DNA of 64,000 nucleotides from Heterodontus francisci. Lineage: Eukaryota. A program made the translations under genes and the position numbers. Below, piece after piece: positions 36,041 to 50,465 of this stretch. The notes beneath the pieces are model-generated. The model did not search any database. It was not told the DNA's origin and worked only from the letters and a program-made list of their open reading frames with translations. Numbering within the stretch: position 1 is the first letter of the stretch; each line of letters starts with the position of its first letter. The DNA lies in contig NC_090404.1 in NCBI RefSeq assembly GCF_036365525.1, positions 7,130,001 through 7,194,000 on the forward strand, in the 5' to 3' direction.

Positions 36041-37634
36041 AACAGAATGGATTCATATCATTACACTGGGATATTATTAAATGTGAACTTTTTATCTGCA
36101 TCCATGGATAGTTATTTGACTTTATGGATTTAATGCTATATTACGTGGTAGTAAATGGAGATATTGCAGTTGAGTATATGTTCAGTAATAAATAATTGCA
36201 TTGTGGACTGTAAATTAAATCTCTTTATTTCCTCAACTCTTCACAGGGAATGTGAATCTCAGGTAAAATTACATTACCAGGGTCTAAAGTGACTGTTAAT
36301 GTGTGTCAATCCATCTCGCTATATCTATCCCTTCAGTTTATAACAATAATTTGTTCACAATTTATGCAACTGAATGCGGGATATTAGTAAAGTGATTCTA
36401 TTTGCAGTGTGAATAACTGTAGTTACACGATTTAAGACCAGAGTGATTGGAAACGCCTTACATTATTCAAAAATCTTTCTCTCTCTCTCTCTCTGTATTT
36501 CTCGAATTGCTCCTGACTCTGTGACTCTAAGCCAGCCCATTGAAAATTGGCTGTAAACGAAGTCCGCTTGCTTGATAATTAAGGAGTCAGAAGTAAAATT
36601 CAGATTATTTTTCGAAAAAGGGAATCCAGTGAATCAGAACCAAAACGGCGATCAACAAATCTACTCTCCGGCACCCAAAACATTGCAGCTAACTTTAATC
36701 GAAACAGTGCAATATACACTGGGATCAGGAATACAGTATATCAGGAATTAATGCTACACTACAGAATATCGCAAGAATAAACGTTTTATCTACTGTGGAA
36801 ATGAATCGCAAACTGAGAATTTCTCTACTCATTGTCTGTCCCATGTCTGGCTATGAGAGGGCTTGTTAAACAATCCAAATCATCATAAATTAAACTGTAC
36901 ATTACGCAACTGTTATCAGTAATAGAGGAGTCTTTATTTGTTTGCGATTGACAGCTCTGTGAGAAAATTCAAGGAAATGCAGCGGATTCAAGGCAATTCC
37001 ACCTATTTATTTATTTACTTTGCGGATCCCAATATCTCAATACGGAATGTTGGGTCATTAAAATCTCTCTCCAGAACTTCATGCAATACGGAATAAATGG
37101 TCTTAATTATCTAGAATTATATTTAATTGTCGTGTGGGTCAATTTATTATTTTGAACTCCCATTTTATCATGATCTGAGCACTGAATTTACAGAAAATCA
37201 TTCTTTTGATGTGATGCCACGTAAAATGCTTTCTTTTTTTGCAAGGGCGCCGCTGTATAAGTTAATGTTTAAATGGTTAAATCACATATTTTCCCATTCA
37301 TATTCACGCTAATCTGCCCTCACAGTATTTGGCAGCAATCCAGTCAGGGAGGCTCGAACACCCAATGTTATTTACAGGAAGCATCTGTGGGTTCTGTGCA
37401 GTAAATCAAAGATCTGTTTCCTCATTACTAACGGCTTGGCTGCAAGCCAACTTCAAATCCTTAACATTGTCAACGAAGCCTATTCATAAACAAATCTACC
37501 CAGCAACAACACTGGAGTCAATTATATTTTTTCAGTTGTGGAACTATGTGAACTGTTCCCATCTCAGAAAAGGAAATGAATCCAATGTCTCAGACACCCT
37601 GTTAGTAAAAACAGTCCACTGGGGAACCTGTCCA

Positions 37635-37762
37635 NNNNNNNNNNNNNNNNNNNNNNNNNNNNNNNNNNNNNNNNNNNNNNNNNNNNNNNNNNNNNNNNNN
37701 NNNNNNNNNNNNNNNNNNNNNNNNNNNNNNNNNNNNNNNNNNNNNNNNNNNNNNNNNNNNNN
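37635..37762. other. Assembly gap (128 N)
   Basis: Direct read. Confidence 0.99.
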
Positions 37763-39914
37763 AGAGAGGATGCATTCTGAAATAGATAAATATGCTTGTT
37801 TCTGTGGATGGAGGGACAGCTGCAGTGATGTAGGAATGGATGGATAGTTGGATGACTGATTGTTATGTTTAAAGGGCCGATGAACAGATTGGACATATGG
37901 ATAGATGGGCAGGAAATATACTGTTCGACATTCACATCTTTGTGATCGACTGCTCCTGACATGAAGCAGCCCGTTTCCTACATTTGCGTCAGTCTGAAGC
38001 CTCAGTCCTTCCCGATTTTCTGGTTCATTTCTACCTCGAGGGTACCCAGAACTAATAAGATCAATTCACCAAGAGAATTCTGGAGATGTCACTGCGGGAC
38101 TGATGATCCTTCTCTGCTGCTGGTAAATTTTCGTCTCAAACATATAAAGGGAGAATATGGCTGTGTTCAGAGGAGACGATTGTAATATTTCTGAACATGT
38201 GGTCCTTTCATGTACAACTAAGCTCTCAATATATCCTCACCTGAATTACTTCAGTCAAAGCAGAAATATAGCAAACCATTGGACACAATGTTTTCCACTT
38301 CCCAACGTAAACACTTATTTCTCTGAGACTGTTCCAGTCATACCATTCTAAACAGCACGGATCCAAAGGTATATGAATTGTAACGTTCTTTACCGCCATA
38401 TATTCATTGTAAGTCATTGCCACAGTAAAATATATCCTGTGGGTATTACACACTGTGGTCACAATTTCAAATGTCCTTAAATCCTTTAACAACACTCCCC
38501 AGAGCCTCTCTATTCAGTCTATGAATACACTAAATGAACTGTTCACGAGTTCAGTATTTCAGTGTGATTTACTCAGGTTGATGATAGAGGGTCACTGTGA
38601 TAAGAAACTAAGAAATAGGAACAGGAGTCGGCCATTCAGCCCTTCGAGCCTGGTCCGCCATTCAACAAGATCATAAGATCATATGGTTGTGGCCTTAACT
38701 CCACTTTCCTGCCTGTCCCCCATAACTCTTGTCTCCCTCCAACACTATGAGAACAGAAGAATTAGGCGCAGGATGGAGACATGTGGTTGGAATGGACATG
38801 ATATATCAACCGGACAGAGCTGAGTCGGTGATGTTGGTGATTTCAATCACAGTTTTGAGGATGATTCTCAGGCCAGTGCTCGACAGCATGAGGTTAATGC
38901 AGAATCCTGCTTCTCAACCGGTTGCACATCTGTTTTAGGCTTGTTTAGTGTCAGGAGAACTGCAGTATGGATATAAAGCGTCCAATAAGATACCAGTGTG
39001 GAAATATTCAGTAATTAGCTTTCCCCACAAATTTCTGCTCCGAATTTATACCTTGACACCCTTTCCGAATGCTCTAAGTCCCTGCAAAATGTATTGTTCA
39101 TGATGAGGTATAATTGGTGATATGTATTTAGGGGAATGGCGCCGACTTTATCATTCTTGATTGACTCCTCCCCCTTGTGGAAGAGGCTGTCTCCCACAAT
39201 ATAAAATTATTAATCTGGTTTGAGAACAGTTCACATTCCCGCTACCAGGAGTAACAAACTGTCTCTGCGCCAACTGACAGAAACAGATCGACGGAGAGAC
39301 ATTTCTAGATCAATCGATATTTCCCTCTTGTACAAGGAGGAGGGGTCAATCGGTCAAATATTTCTCAATATTTCTGTTCTTCATCGAGTTTCCCAAACAT
39401 GAGATGTTTCTCAATCCATTGATGGTTCCAATCTATTGATAGATCCACAACCATGAATTTTCTCAAACAATTGATAGTTTGCAACCAACTGATGTCTCTC
39501 CATCAATGAATCCCAATTCTTTCACCACTCTCAATCGATTGATGTATCTCAATCTATTAATGATCACCAAATATTTAACGATTCTCAGTCCACTGAAGTT
39601 TCCTTTGTAGAAAATGGCCGACTTTGTCCACATAGCCTTTGAATTATTGTGAAGTTCTGGATTACCTACTAAATGATTGATTGATCCAGTCCAATTCCAG
39701 AATGGCAGAACTATTCTGGTGTTGGATTCAAGGTCACACCCACAGTCAGTGTCTGTACTACCGGTCATACAGTACATAACGGGGGGATACCTGAGAGGTC
39801 TGGACTCAGTCTGATTTAACACTGTATCGAGATCAAAAGTTCAACTGTTGAATGCCTGGAGTTCTATTTCCCTATTCCACCCTGATCTATATTTTAATTA
39901 GCATCGACACTTGA

Positions 39915-40410
39915 TCATCAGCCATAGATCAGTTGGTAGCACCTTGCCCTCTCAGGTTTCAGTTTCAAGCCCTACTCCAGGACGTGAACACAAAAATGAC
40001 ACTGACTCTCCAGTCGAGTGCTGCACTGTCAGAGATACCATTTTAAGGATGGGACATGAAACCGAGGCGCTGTCTGCCCTCTCAGGTGTAAAAGATCCCA
40101 TGGCACTATTTCGAACTAGTGCAATGGAGTTATCCCCGGTGTCCTGATCAATATTTATCCCACAACCAACATCACAAAAACAGATTATCTGGTCATTATC
40201 GCATTGCTATTTGTGGAGGGGCCGAATGGCCTACTCCTGCTCCTAATTCGTGTGCTCGTATGTTTGTTGTGTGAAATTGGCCACTGTACTTCCTACATTA
40301 CAGAAGTGACGACACTTCACAAGTAGTTCATTGACTGCAAAGCTTTTGAGACGTCCTGTGGTCGTGAAAGGCGCTATATAAATGCAACGTCTTTCTTTTG
40401 TTCTTTTTAT
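39915..40410 (+). mobile_element. tRNA-derived SINE (Deu-domain/SacSINE1-like)
   Basis: cagttggtagcac..gtttcaagccctactccag..gtaaaagatcccatggcactatttcgaa..gtgaaaggcgctatataaatgcaa tail. Confidence 0.7.
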
Positions 40411-40469
40411 TAACAATAGATGTTAAAAAAGGAGTGTTGGAATGAGCCAGGAACTCATACACTCCTAGA

Positions 40470-41920
40470 ATGATAAAGCTAAGAAGGAGGCCATTCAGCC
40501 TTTTAGGCCTGTGCCAACTCTTTGATAAATCGATCCAATTATTCCAATACCCACTGCTACTTCCACAGAGTGGTGCAACTCTTTTTCAATTTGAAATATT
40601 TATTAAATTTCCTTTTAAAAGTTATTATTCAATCTGCTTCCACCATGCTTTCAGGCAGTGCATTCCAAATCATAACAATTCCCTCTTTCATTTATATTCC
40701 CCCTCATATCGCCTACAGTCAGAGAGTTACTTACGGCACAGAACGAGGCCATCGGCCCATTCAGTCCACAGAGCTATTCAATTAGCCCCATTCCCCCACG
40801 CACCCTCATAGCCCTGCAAGTCTATTTACTTCAAGTGGTCATCCAATTCCATTTTGAAGTCATTTCTAGTCTTCGCTTCCACTACCCTTGTGGGCAGCGA
40901 GATCCAGATCATTCCCACCCACTGCACAAAAAGTGCTTCCTCATATTCCCCCTGCATCACTTACCCAAACCTTCAATCTGTGTCCCCTAGTCCTTGTACC
41001 ATTAGTTAATGTGAACGGTTTTTCCTTCTCTAATTTACCTAAGTCTTTCATAATCTAGTACATTTCTGACAAATTTCCCCCCAATCTCCTTTCTTCTAAG
41101 GAGAATAACCCCAGTTTTTCCAACCCAACCTTGTAACTAAAATCCTCCATCCCTGGAACCATTCTGATAAATCTCTCTCAAGGACCTTCACATCCTTCCA
41201 AAGGTGTGGTGATCAGAACTGGATGTAATACCCCAGTTGTGGCCTAACCAGAGCTTTCTAGAAGTTCAGCATAACTTCCCTGCTTATGTTCTCAATGCCT
41301 CTGCTTATGAAGCCCATGATCAAATATGCTTTACTAAGAACACACTCAATATGTCCTGCCACCTTCAAAGATCGATGCACATGCACTCCAAAGTCCCTCT
41401 GTTCCTGCACAATCTTTAGAATTGTGCCATTAAGTACATATTGCCTCTCCCTATTCCTTCTGCCAAAATACATCACCACGCGCTTGTTTTAAATTCCATC
41501 TGCCACTTATCTGCTCTCTCTGCTCGCCTATCTAAGTCCTGTTTATATCATCCTAACTGTTTTCCAGGCCTTAAGTTTTGGTGTCATCAGCAAGTTTTGA
41601 GATTCCACTCCATTTCCACTTGAATCTGTGTCCTCTGGTTATCAACCCTTCTACCACTGGATATATTTTCAGTTTATTTATTCTATCCAACCTCTTCATG
41701 ATTTTGAATGTCTCTATGACATCCCCTTTTAACATTCTCTGCTTTCAGCAGAACAATCTCAGCTTCTCCAGCCTCTTCATGTAACTGAAATCTTTCACCC
41801 AAAGTATCATTTTCGAAAATCTTTCTGGACCATCTTCAATGCCTCGATGTCCTTCTGAAAATTTGACGCCCCGAAATGGGCACAATACTCCAGCTGGGGC
41901 CTACTGGTTGTTTTGTAAAA
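40470..41920 (-). mobile_element. Nested CR1-like LINE 3' fragments
   Basis: YFGRRNRERQYVLNGTILK..DFGVHVHRSLKV. Confidence 0.75.
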
Positions 41921-42699
41921 GTTTATCCTAATCCTTATTTTTCTATTGGAGTAGTCTATGGTCTAGTGCAATGAGAACTGAGACAAAAGCTAAGTTAATA
42001 TCTACAGATACATGGCACGGTGTACTAATAGCTGAGACAGGATCTAGTGTAATATAAATTGACACATTATGCAATGAAATACTAACAGATACATTATCTA
42101 GGGTAATATAGACGGAGATGTGACGTCGTATCCTATAAACAGCGAAATCATCTTGTGCAATAAATTTAGAGCCTTGGTCAAATTTATTAAATGATCTGAA
42201 AATACGTTTTGAATAGAAGGAAATAAAATGCTAAAACATAATTTGTGAAGATAATCATCTATCTTTGTCGAATCCACACACACGCACACACACGCATGTG
42301 CACTTATATGTGTGTTTGTGTGTGCTCGATTAGGTTTAGGTTATTCCGATGTCGCGGCTGAGAGCTATAGAATTCAGTGGATTTTAGGACCCTGCGGCAG
42401 TCCAAACGGCTGTGCGGTGTCACAGTTCCAGACTCTGTCTGATGCAGTCAGTTCGTTCGAGGAAGGCTAAATAGAAAAGCCTACAGGAAAAACATCCTTG
42501 AACAAGAAAAAGAAACCGTGAGCAATTATCACAGTACAACACGAATACGAATTAGTAAAATTTATCACAACAGTTTGTCACTGCGTAGTAAAAAAAAAGA
42601 CATGCTCTGTTGCTCACTGTTAGTTCTGTCCTTCAATTCCAGTTTATCTCTGAAAGATTGTTACATTACTCCAGCTGAGGCTTACCAGTGTTTTGCAAA

Positions 42700-43520
42700 A
42701 GGTTAGCATAATGATTATTTTTCTACTGGAATGGACTATGGCCGAGTGCAATGAGAACTGAGGCGCAGATTACTGCAATATAGACAGATACATGGTCCTG
42801 TCGTGCACATTACATCGCACTAAACCCTGTTTACATTACATCACACTCGGCCCTATTTCTTGTCTCCGTTTTCAATGCAGAAAAGTGTGCCTCATAGTAT
42901 AATATACAAGATTCTGCCTCAGTTATTACTGTACTAGACCATCTCTCTCTCTTATATTTCCCTACCTCCTCCCTCAGTTATTAACCATGTTTCTATTTCC
43001 ATTGCACTGGACCCTAACTCAGTTATCATTTGACTAAATAAATTCTCTGCTGGTATTTCACTAGACCCTTCCTCTGTTTGTGTTGCACTAGACCCTGTGT
43101 CATTTATTACTCCATTGGACCATGTCCCTGTTTACATTACACTAGAAATTATCTCAGTTGGCACTGCTTTAGAAATCTCTTTGTTTATATTGCACATGAC
43201 TCATTCTAGATTATTACTACACGAGACCATGCATCTGCTCAGATTACACTAAGCTGTGTCTCAGTTATTTCTGCTCTGGACCATATCTCTGTTTATATTA
43301 TACTAGGCCTGCTCCATCTTACTACATTAGACCATGTGCAATTATTAGTGCAGGAGACTATTTATCTGTTTATAATACATTATGCTATTCTTAGTTATTA
43401 TAGCACTAACTCATGTCCCACCTATATTGCACTAGACCATGTTGTATTTTTATATTATGCTAGGCCATGCGTTAGTTACTACTGCACTATTTAAACCACA
43501 CTAAACCATGTCACTTCTTC
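42700..43520. repeat. Degenerate ~31-bp minisatellite (ctagaccctgtctctgtttatattaca family)
   Basis: Direct read. Confidence 0.7.
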
Positions 43521-45554
43521 TCGTAGGTTAGCTTGCGTCTCAGTTATTAATGAATTGAACCGTAAATATATTGGAGGACGGCGAGGAGTAGATAGTGAAG
43601 GTAACAGGCTAAAAGGGAAGTTTGTGGAAACAGAAATGGTGTTGAATTCACTGAAAAGCAGCAACCGTTTTATTCCTTTGCAAAAGAGGGAAATAATAAA
43701 TCAGTCATTTACAGATTTTCACATCAGGTACAGGCAGTTTCATTTTTACCATCACTTGCATAAATCATCACACACTCGAGGTATATACCAGCAGCTACTG
43801 TGTGATGGTGAGGTGATCACTTAACAGAGACAGGTGGGTCGCTGCTTATTTCCCTCGATCTGCAATTACATTTTGAATTTAATAAATGCAAAAAGAAAGA
43901 TCAGTGAAGCTAATTATTTGTATTTGTGGAATTGAAAGCAATATGATGTGTTTTGTTCACATACACAAACACATAAATAAGTAAACACTTGCGGGTTATT
44001 TTGCTGGAAGTGTGAAGCCAGGGGCTCAATGGGCACTGTGCTAATGAAACACCCTGTTTGAATGTCTGCATTTAGCACACAATTTTGATCCTAATTGATA
44101 ATTACCACAATTGTATTTGCCTTAAAGGTGCTAAACCAGAGACCTGCAGATTTAGCTCTCAAGTGCTGATTAACCACAATTTTCTTGAAACAGTCTAGGT
44201 GGGTTCCATGAACCCACTTCTAGTACAAGTGTTGGGTGGCCTGGCTGACACACAGTGACATGTTTACGGATGGCTCAGGAGCCAACTGAGAGTGTGCACA
44301 GATTCTCAGATACAGCATTGTAGGTCCTGGTGAAGGAGATCCTGGGGAGGCAGGATATCCTGTACCGCAATGGGGCAGGACACCACCTCATTCAACTGTC
44401 TCACTATCCTGCAGCAACTGGGGCTGCTCTGCCTGGCCTCATGTCCTCCCCTCCATTCAGCCAACCAGCAAGGTGCCAATGATCAAGTACTTCTTTTCTC
44501 CCGTTGACTTCGATAAGGTTAAGTCGCACAGCTCTTACACTTCTTGAGTGAGGCCTTCAGAGAATTTCCAAGAATAAATTTTGATAGGGTGTTGGAAAAG
44601 TCGGAAAAGTGTCCCAGAATTTCTCCGGATGGGTTTCAAAAGTCCTCTTCAAACTTCCAGCAACCAATGGACAATAAAAGGTGATGTACCTTTAAGTAGC
44701 ACAGAATACCACTGCAGCAACGTTTTACTCCCAATCAGCTGGTTGTTGTTTAGAGAGAGGGTTCGCCAAGTGCTAGTTACCAAAATGGTGTGCAGCCGAT
44801 TTAATAAGCGTTAACAGAAGATTTTCAGTAACAATTAGCTGCAGACTGATCCTCCGTATCCTAGCCCAAGTGTCAACTCTTTTACCAAGACATTATCTTC
44901 CATTAAACTCAGTCGAAATCAATGTTTCAGCTAGAGATCACATCTTGGCTCCATTGGAGGCTACATCGCACTTAAAGTATCAGGGACGTCCCCCCTCGAC
45001 CATCCTCCCCCGACAATGTCTTTCAGGTGACATCATGAAACAATAGTCTCTCCTCTCCCTCTTCTCTGTTGATATGGCTATTAAAGTTCCCATCGTTCCC
45101 ACACTGTGTCCTGATCAACATTCCTCCCTTCAACCATGGTTTGACATCCTTCCATCTACATGCAGCAAACCATTTATTAAGGTGGTGTGTCTTCTCTTGG
45201 TGTGCCTTTGCTGAGGGCTGTGAAGGCCAATCATTGAGGGGCAGCTGCTGCCGCAAGTGCCAAAACTTAATCAACCAAAATCAATGAAAATACATTGACA
45301 GATGTTCAGTCACTTTGCTCTATTATTGATGTTTCTGGGCACAAATCGGCCACGTTCATCTGGAAATAGTTGCACCACACATTTTGGGACCTCTGAGAGA
45401 AGGTGATGATCTTGTACATCAATGCTAGTTGTTTCTTGGTGTATTACGACCAGAAACAGTAACTGACATCGACATTTTCACAATAGGAGTAATGGCCAAA
45501 TACAACCACCAGGTGTCAGTGAAAGCCCGATTGTTGACATTACATGAAACAGGT

Positions 45555-47775
45555 GCTGCCTCAGTTATTACTGCACTGAACCCTGTATCTGTTTATATTA
45601 GACTAGACTCCGTCTCAGTTTATATGAAGCTAGAGCCGGCTTCAGTCAATATTACACTAGCTGTTGTCCCTGTTTATATTACACTAGGTCATTGTCCTAT
45701 TTGTATGCCGACAAACGTTGTCTCTGATCATATAAAAAACAGCCCATACCTCAGTTATTTCTATATTGGCCCAAACTCAAGTGTTAATATACTGGACCAT
45801 GTTTCTGCTTGTATCACACAATGCCCTGTCTAGGTTATTACTGCACTAGACCACGTTTCTGTTTATATCACACAATGCCCTGTCTCTGTACTGTAATTAA
45901 CCATCTCTCTGTTACGACTACATGTTACCCTGTCGCACCTATTGCTGCACTGTCCATGTCTCAGCTCATAGAAATCGAGGTCTTGTATCAGTAATTACTG
46001 CACTAGGGTCTGTATCAGTTTATAATACACAATGATCTCCATCAGTTAAAACTGCACTGGACCTTGTCTCAGGTTTTCTTATACTAGATGCTGTTTCACT
46101 TTATACGACACTATACAATGTCCCTGTTCACATGACACAAGACTCTGTCTCAATTTTTACTGCACTCGACTCATTTTTTCTTATGCTAGATCATGCATCT
46201 GTTTGAATTACACTAGACCATGTCTGTTAATACTACACGGGACCCAATATTAGTTTTTACTGCTCTAGGCCCTGTCTCAGTAATTACTGAACCAGACCCA
46301 GTGTTGGTTTATATTACTATAGGTCCTGCATCAATAATTGGTGCACAAGGCCCTCTCTCAGTATTCCTGCACAAGACCCTGTCCCTGATCATATTGCATC
46401 AGTTATTAGTTATCAGTTATTAGTTATCAGTTATTAGTTATCAGTTATTCTCTCGGTTGCTACTGCCCTGCACCCTGTCTCAGCTGTTACTACAAAGGAC
46501 CATGTCTCCGTTTATATTAAAGTCGGCAAAGTCTCTGTTATTACTGCACCAAACCCTGTGTCTGTTTATACCACACTAAACCCAGTCTTAATTAACGGTG
46601 GACTCGTCCATGTCTCCATCTATATTACACTGGACCATGCCCCTGTTATCACTCTACGGGAACATGTCTCTGTTCGCATTCAACTAAATCCTCTCATTTC
46701 GTTAATATTGTGGTTATTTTATGCTAGGATCTCTCTCTTTCTCGATCTCTCTCTCTGTTGATATTACACTAGATTCCCTCGCTGTTTATATTAATGTTGA
46801 CCCTGTCTCTCTTCACATTACGCTGGACCCCTTCTCTGTTTGAATGACACTATACGCAGTTTGTGTTCATATCACACAAGGCCCAGTCTCAGTTTATATT
46901 ACACCAGGCTCTTGCTCTGTTCATATGATATTAGGCTTCTCTGTTTATAGTCTATTCGACCATGTCCCTGTTATTACTCCACTGAAACATGTCCCTTTAT
47001 ATTAAACTAGGTCTCTCTCTTCATTAATATTCTGCTAGACCCTGTCTCTGTTAATATTGCACTGGACCCTCTCCGTTTATATTACATTAGATCCCGAAAT
47101 CGTGCCTCAGTTTATATTACACTAGACCTGCGTCAGTTGTCACTGGATTTCGTCATGTCTCTGTTTATATTACACTAGACCCGATCTCTGTTCTTACTGC
47201 AATAGGCCCGATCTCTGTTCTTTTACACTAGATCCTGTCTCTGTTTATATTGCACTATATCCTATTTCAGTTCTGAATGCAGTGTGCCCTGTCTCAGTTT
47301 ATATTACACTAAGCCCTGTCTCAGTTCATATTGCATTCGACCCTGTCTCAATTATCATTGGACTTCGCCCTATCTCTGTTCATATTGCTCTGGATCCTGT
47401 CTCTGTTTCTATTACACTAGGCACTGCCTCTGTTCATATTTAACAAGATCATGTCTCAGTTTATATTACACTAGACTCTGCCTCTGTTTGTATTAAACTA
47501 CACCCAGTCTCTGTTTAAATAACACGACACCCTGTCACATTTTACGTTACACTCGACCATGTCTCAGTTATCAGTGTCACCATGTCTCTGTTTATATTAC
47601 GCTAGACTCTGTCTCTGTACTTACTGCACTGGGCCCTGTCTCTGTTTATATTACACTCGACCCTGTCTCTGTTCATATTAAACGAGACCCTGTCTCTGTT
47701 TATATCACACTAGACCCTGTCTCTATTTATGTTACACTAGATCCTGTCCAGGTTATCACTTCACGAGGCCATGTC
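45555..47775. repeat. ~31-bp minisatellite array
   Basis: Many units of ccctgtctctgtttatattacactaga; internal (agttattagttatc)n at ~46400-46449. Confidence 0.9.
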
Positions 47776-48649
47776 TCTATGAGATGAAAAAACATTATTA
47801 TCAATAATGATGTTGGATTGGAAATTGGTCTCGGGTGACAGCCCAACACGGTCGTTATGGGTTTGGCCACCCGTTCTACGCAGCGCCTGATACTTAGTTT
47901 CACGACAGTCAACGGAATTAAATATCAGGTGCTGCCTATACCGGGCAGTCAATCCGATACTGTCCTTTCTGTGCCACTGACTGGGACCAATTTCTACCTC
48001 ATATATTTCTCTGTGTGGGAGAGTGCAATCCTTTTCTGTCTGAATGAATATGTTTATTCTTGTTAATAGGAATCAGCAGCTATGTGCAATTGCGAATTGC
48101 TCCAGTATTATGTGGGTAATATTTGTGTTAAAAGGATAGGATGAGTCTTGCACCGATTTCCCAGAAATGTACTGGCGTTGAAGGACAGGACTAAAGGTGG
48201 ACATAGTGCACTGCACTTCACACGACACAGTGACAAACTCTGTTGTCTTGAAGTTTGCTAATTCACTCTTGTGTTGTACTGTGAAAATGCTCAGTTTTTA
48301 ATGTTGAGGATTTTTTGGCCCTGCAGGATTTTCAATTTAGCTTTCACCTGAATGAGTGATTGTGTCAGAAACAGCTTGGAACAGTGATCTCGCAGTACCG
48401 GCTGATGGGCTGCCGCAGAGTGCTAATGCCCACGAGAAATTTCTCACCTGATCAATAGCAAAAGTGAAATGGGAATACACAATGTGTTATATACACGAGT
48501 GTGTGTGTGTGTGTGAGTGTGTGTGTGCAAAATAAATCATCCTTAATTACAAGACCGTTCCACAAAGACATGTGCGTATTTCACAGGACTTTTTCTGCAT
48601 TTTATTTTCTTTTATTCAAACTGTAATTGCAGATTGCTTAATACCGTGG

Positions 48650-49270
48650 AATGTAAACAGAGATATGGGCTAGTGCAGTAATAACAGAGCGACATGACCT
48701 AACGTGAAACTAGAAGAAACATGTCTTTCTGCAATAATAGTTGAAACAATACTTTGTACAGTAATAACTGTAAGTGGTCATGGTGTAACATTAACAGAAG
48801 CAGGGTCAACTTTAACAATAGCAGAAACAGGTTCCTATTGAAAACTGACAGGGACAAGGTTTACAGTAATAATAATGGAAGCGGGCACTAGAATTCGAAT
48901 AACAGCAGTTTTTTTTTCAAATAATGACAGTGACAAAGTTATAAGTGTAACAATTACAGTGACAGTGACTAATGCAATAAGAGTGGAGACAGGGTCCAGA
49001 AGAAGACGTGGCTTAACTTGAGTATAACAAAGACAGTGTTTGATGCAATAATAACACAGGCAGGCTGCAGTGTATTACTGAGCACATCACGGGATCCAGT
49101 GTGATGATAACACAGTCGTTATCTAGTGCACCAAATCGAAAGTTCGGGTCTCATCTCATAGTGCGCGTGAGTCAGAACCTATTTAAATAATCGTAAATGC
49201 TTTGCCTAATAACAGAGTCAAGGACCACTGGAGTATGAATGAGATAGGATTAGTGTCATGACACAGGCAC
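48650..49270. repeat. Degenerate ~31-bp minisatellite, reverse orientation
   Basis: tagtgcagtaataacagag..cagggtc units. Confidence 0.6.
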
Positions 49271-50029
49271 TGTTCTGTGTAATGGCAGCTGGGAACAGAT
49301 TATGTCAGCATTGTCGAATTGGTCGCCCACTCACTCCTAAATCTGAAGCTTGTGTTTTCAAGCCCCACTCCAGAGACTCAACTATATAATCTAGGCCGAT
49401 GCTCCCAGTGTTAGTATAAATGCAAGTCTTTCTGTTCTTTTGCCCACTATTTTCTTTGACTCAGAAGGAGCGAGGGGAATGGCAGACAGAGCTATTCTGC
49501 ACAGTTTCTCCACCCAGCGAAGCAGGCGTTCCCAAAACATCATTGCACGTTTGACGTGCTGCCCACTCCCCCCAAAAGATATCATCACCCTTGTTTTTGT
49601 GAAGGGACTTACGACTGCAGGCCCGGGACAGACTGGGACCTGGTATAATAATAATCACAGAGGCTGGCTCCAGGGTATCGATAACAGAGGTTGCTTTTAC
49701 TGCAGGTGTTTTTACACTGAGGGAAGCATGTGCCGAATAGACACTCGACTGCAATAGGAAGAAAAGGTGCAGGGAAGCAATGATGTTTAGAGCCTAGTGC
49801 AGGCTTCTGTGTGGTGGTGAGTGAAGCAGGGAGTTGTGTGATAAAATAGCAGTGGAAATATATTGACAGAGGCACTTGTGACCGACACCACCTGACTAAG
49901 AGCTGATACACAAAAGGCTTTGACCATGAGGACATGACGGACTGCAGAGATTTCAGATATCTGAGGTGACAATTATGCCTCTCTCAGAGGAACCAAAAAT
50001 AATCTGTTCCTTCTCATCCTTCTGCACCT

Positions 50030-50465
50030 GTCAGCTGTGCCTCAATTGGTAACCCTCTCACCTCCAAGTCACAATTTTCCGGGTTCCAGACCCACTCCAG
50101 GGCTTAAGCAAAAAAATCACGACTGGCACTGTAGCGCAGTAGTGAGGGGATGTTGCACTGCCAGAGGCCCCGTCTTTCAGATGGGATGTTAAACCAAGGC
50201 CCTGTCTGCTTGCTCGGGTGGATATACAAACTCCCAAGGAGCTATTTAGAAGAAGAACAAGGGAGTTATCCCTGGTGGCCTGGCCAATATTTATCCCTCA
50301 GTCAAGATCACAAAAACATATCACATTGCTGTTTGCAAATTGGCTGCTGAGTTTCCTCCATTACAACAGTGACTACACTTCAAAAATACTTCATTGGCTG
50401 TAAAGCATTTTGAGACATCTGGTGAAAGGCACTAGATAAATGCAAGTCTTTCTCTTTTTCTTTTT
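50030..50465 (+). mobile_element. tRNA-derived SINE (same family as 39915-40410)
   Basis: ctgtgcctcaattggtaaccctct..gggttccagacccactccag..gtgaaaggcactagataaatgcaagtctttc. Confidence 0.7.

Noticed and set aside
37329-37962. ORFs spanning the N gap
   Set aside because: Artefacts of translating through Ns.
48226-48265. Isolated CACAGTG heptamer
   Set aside because: No nonamer at 12 or 23 bp, and not conserved in the two paralogous copies.
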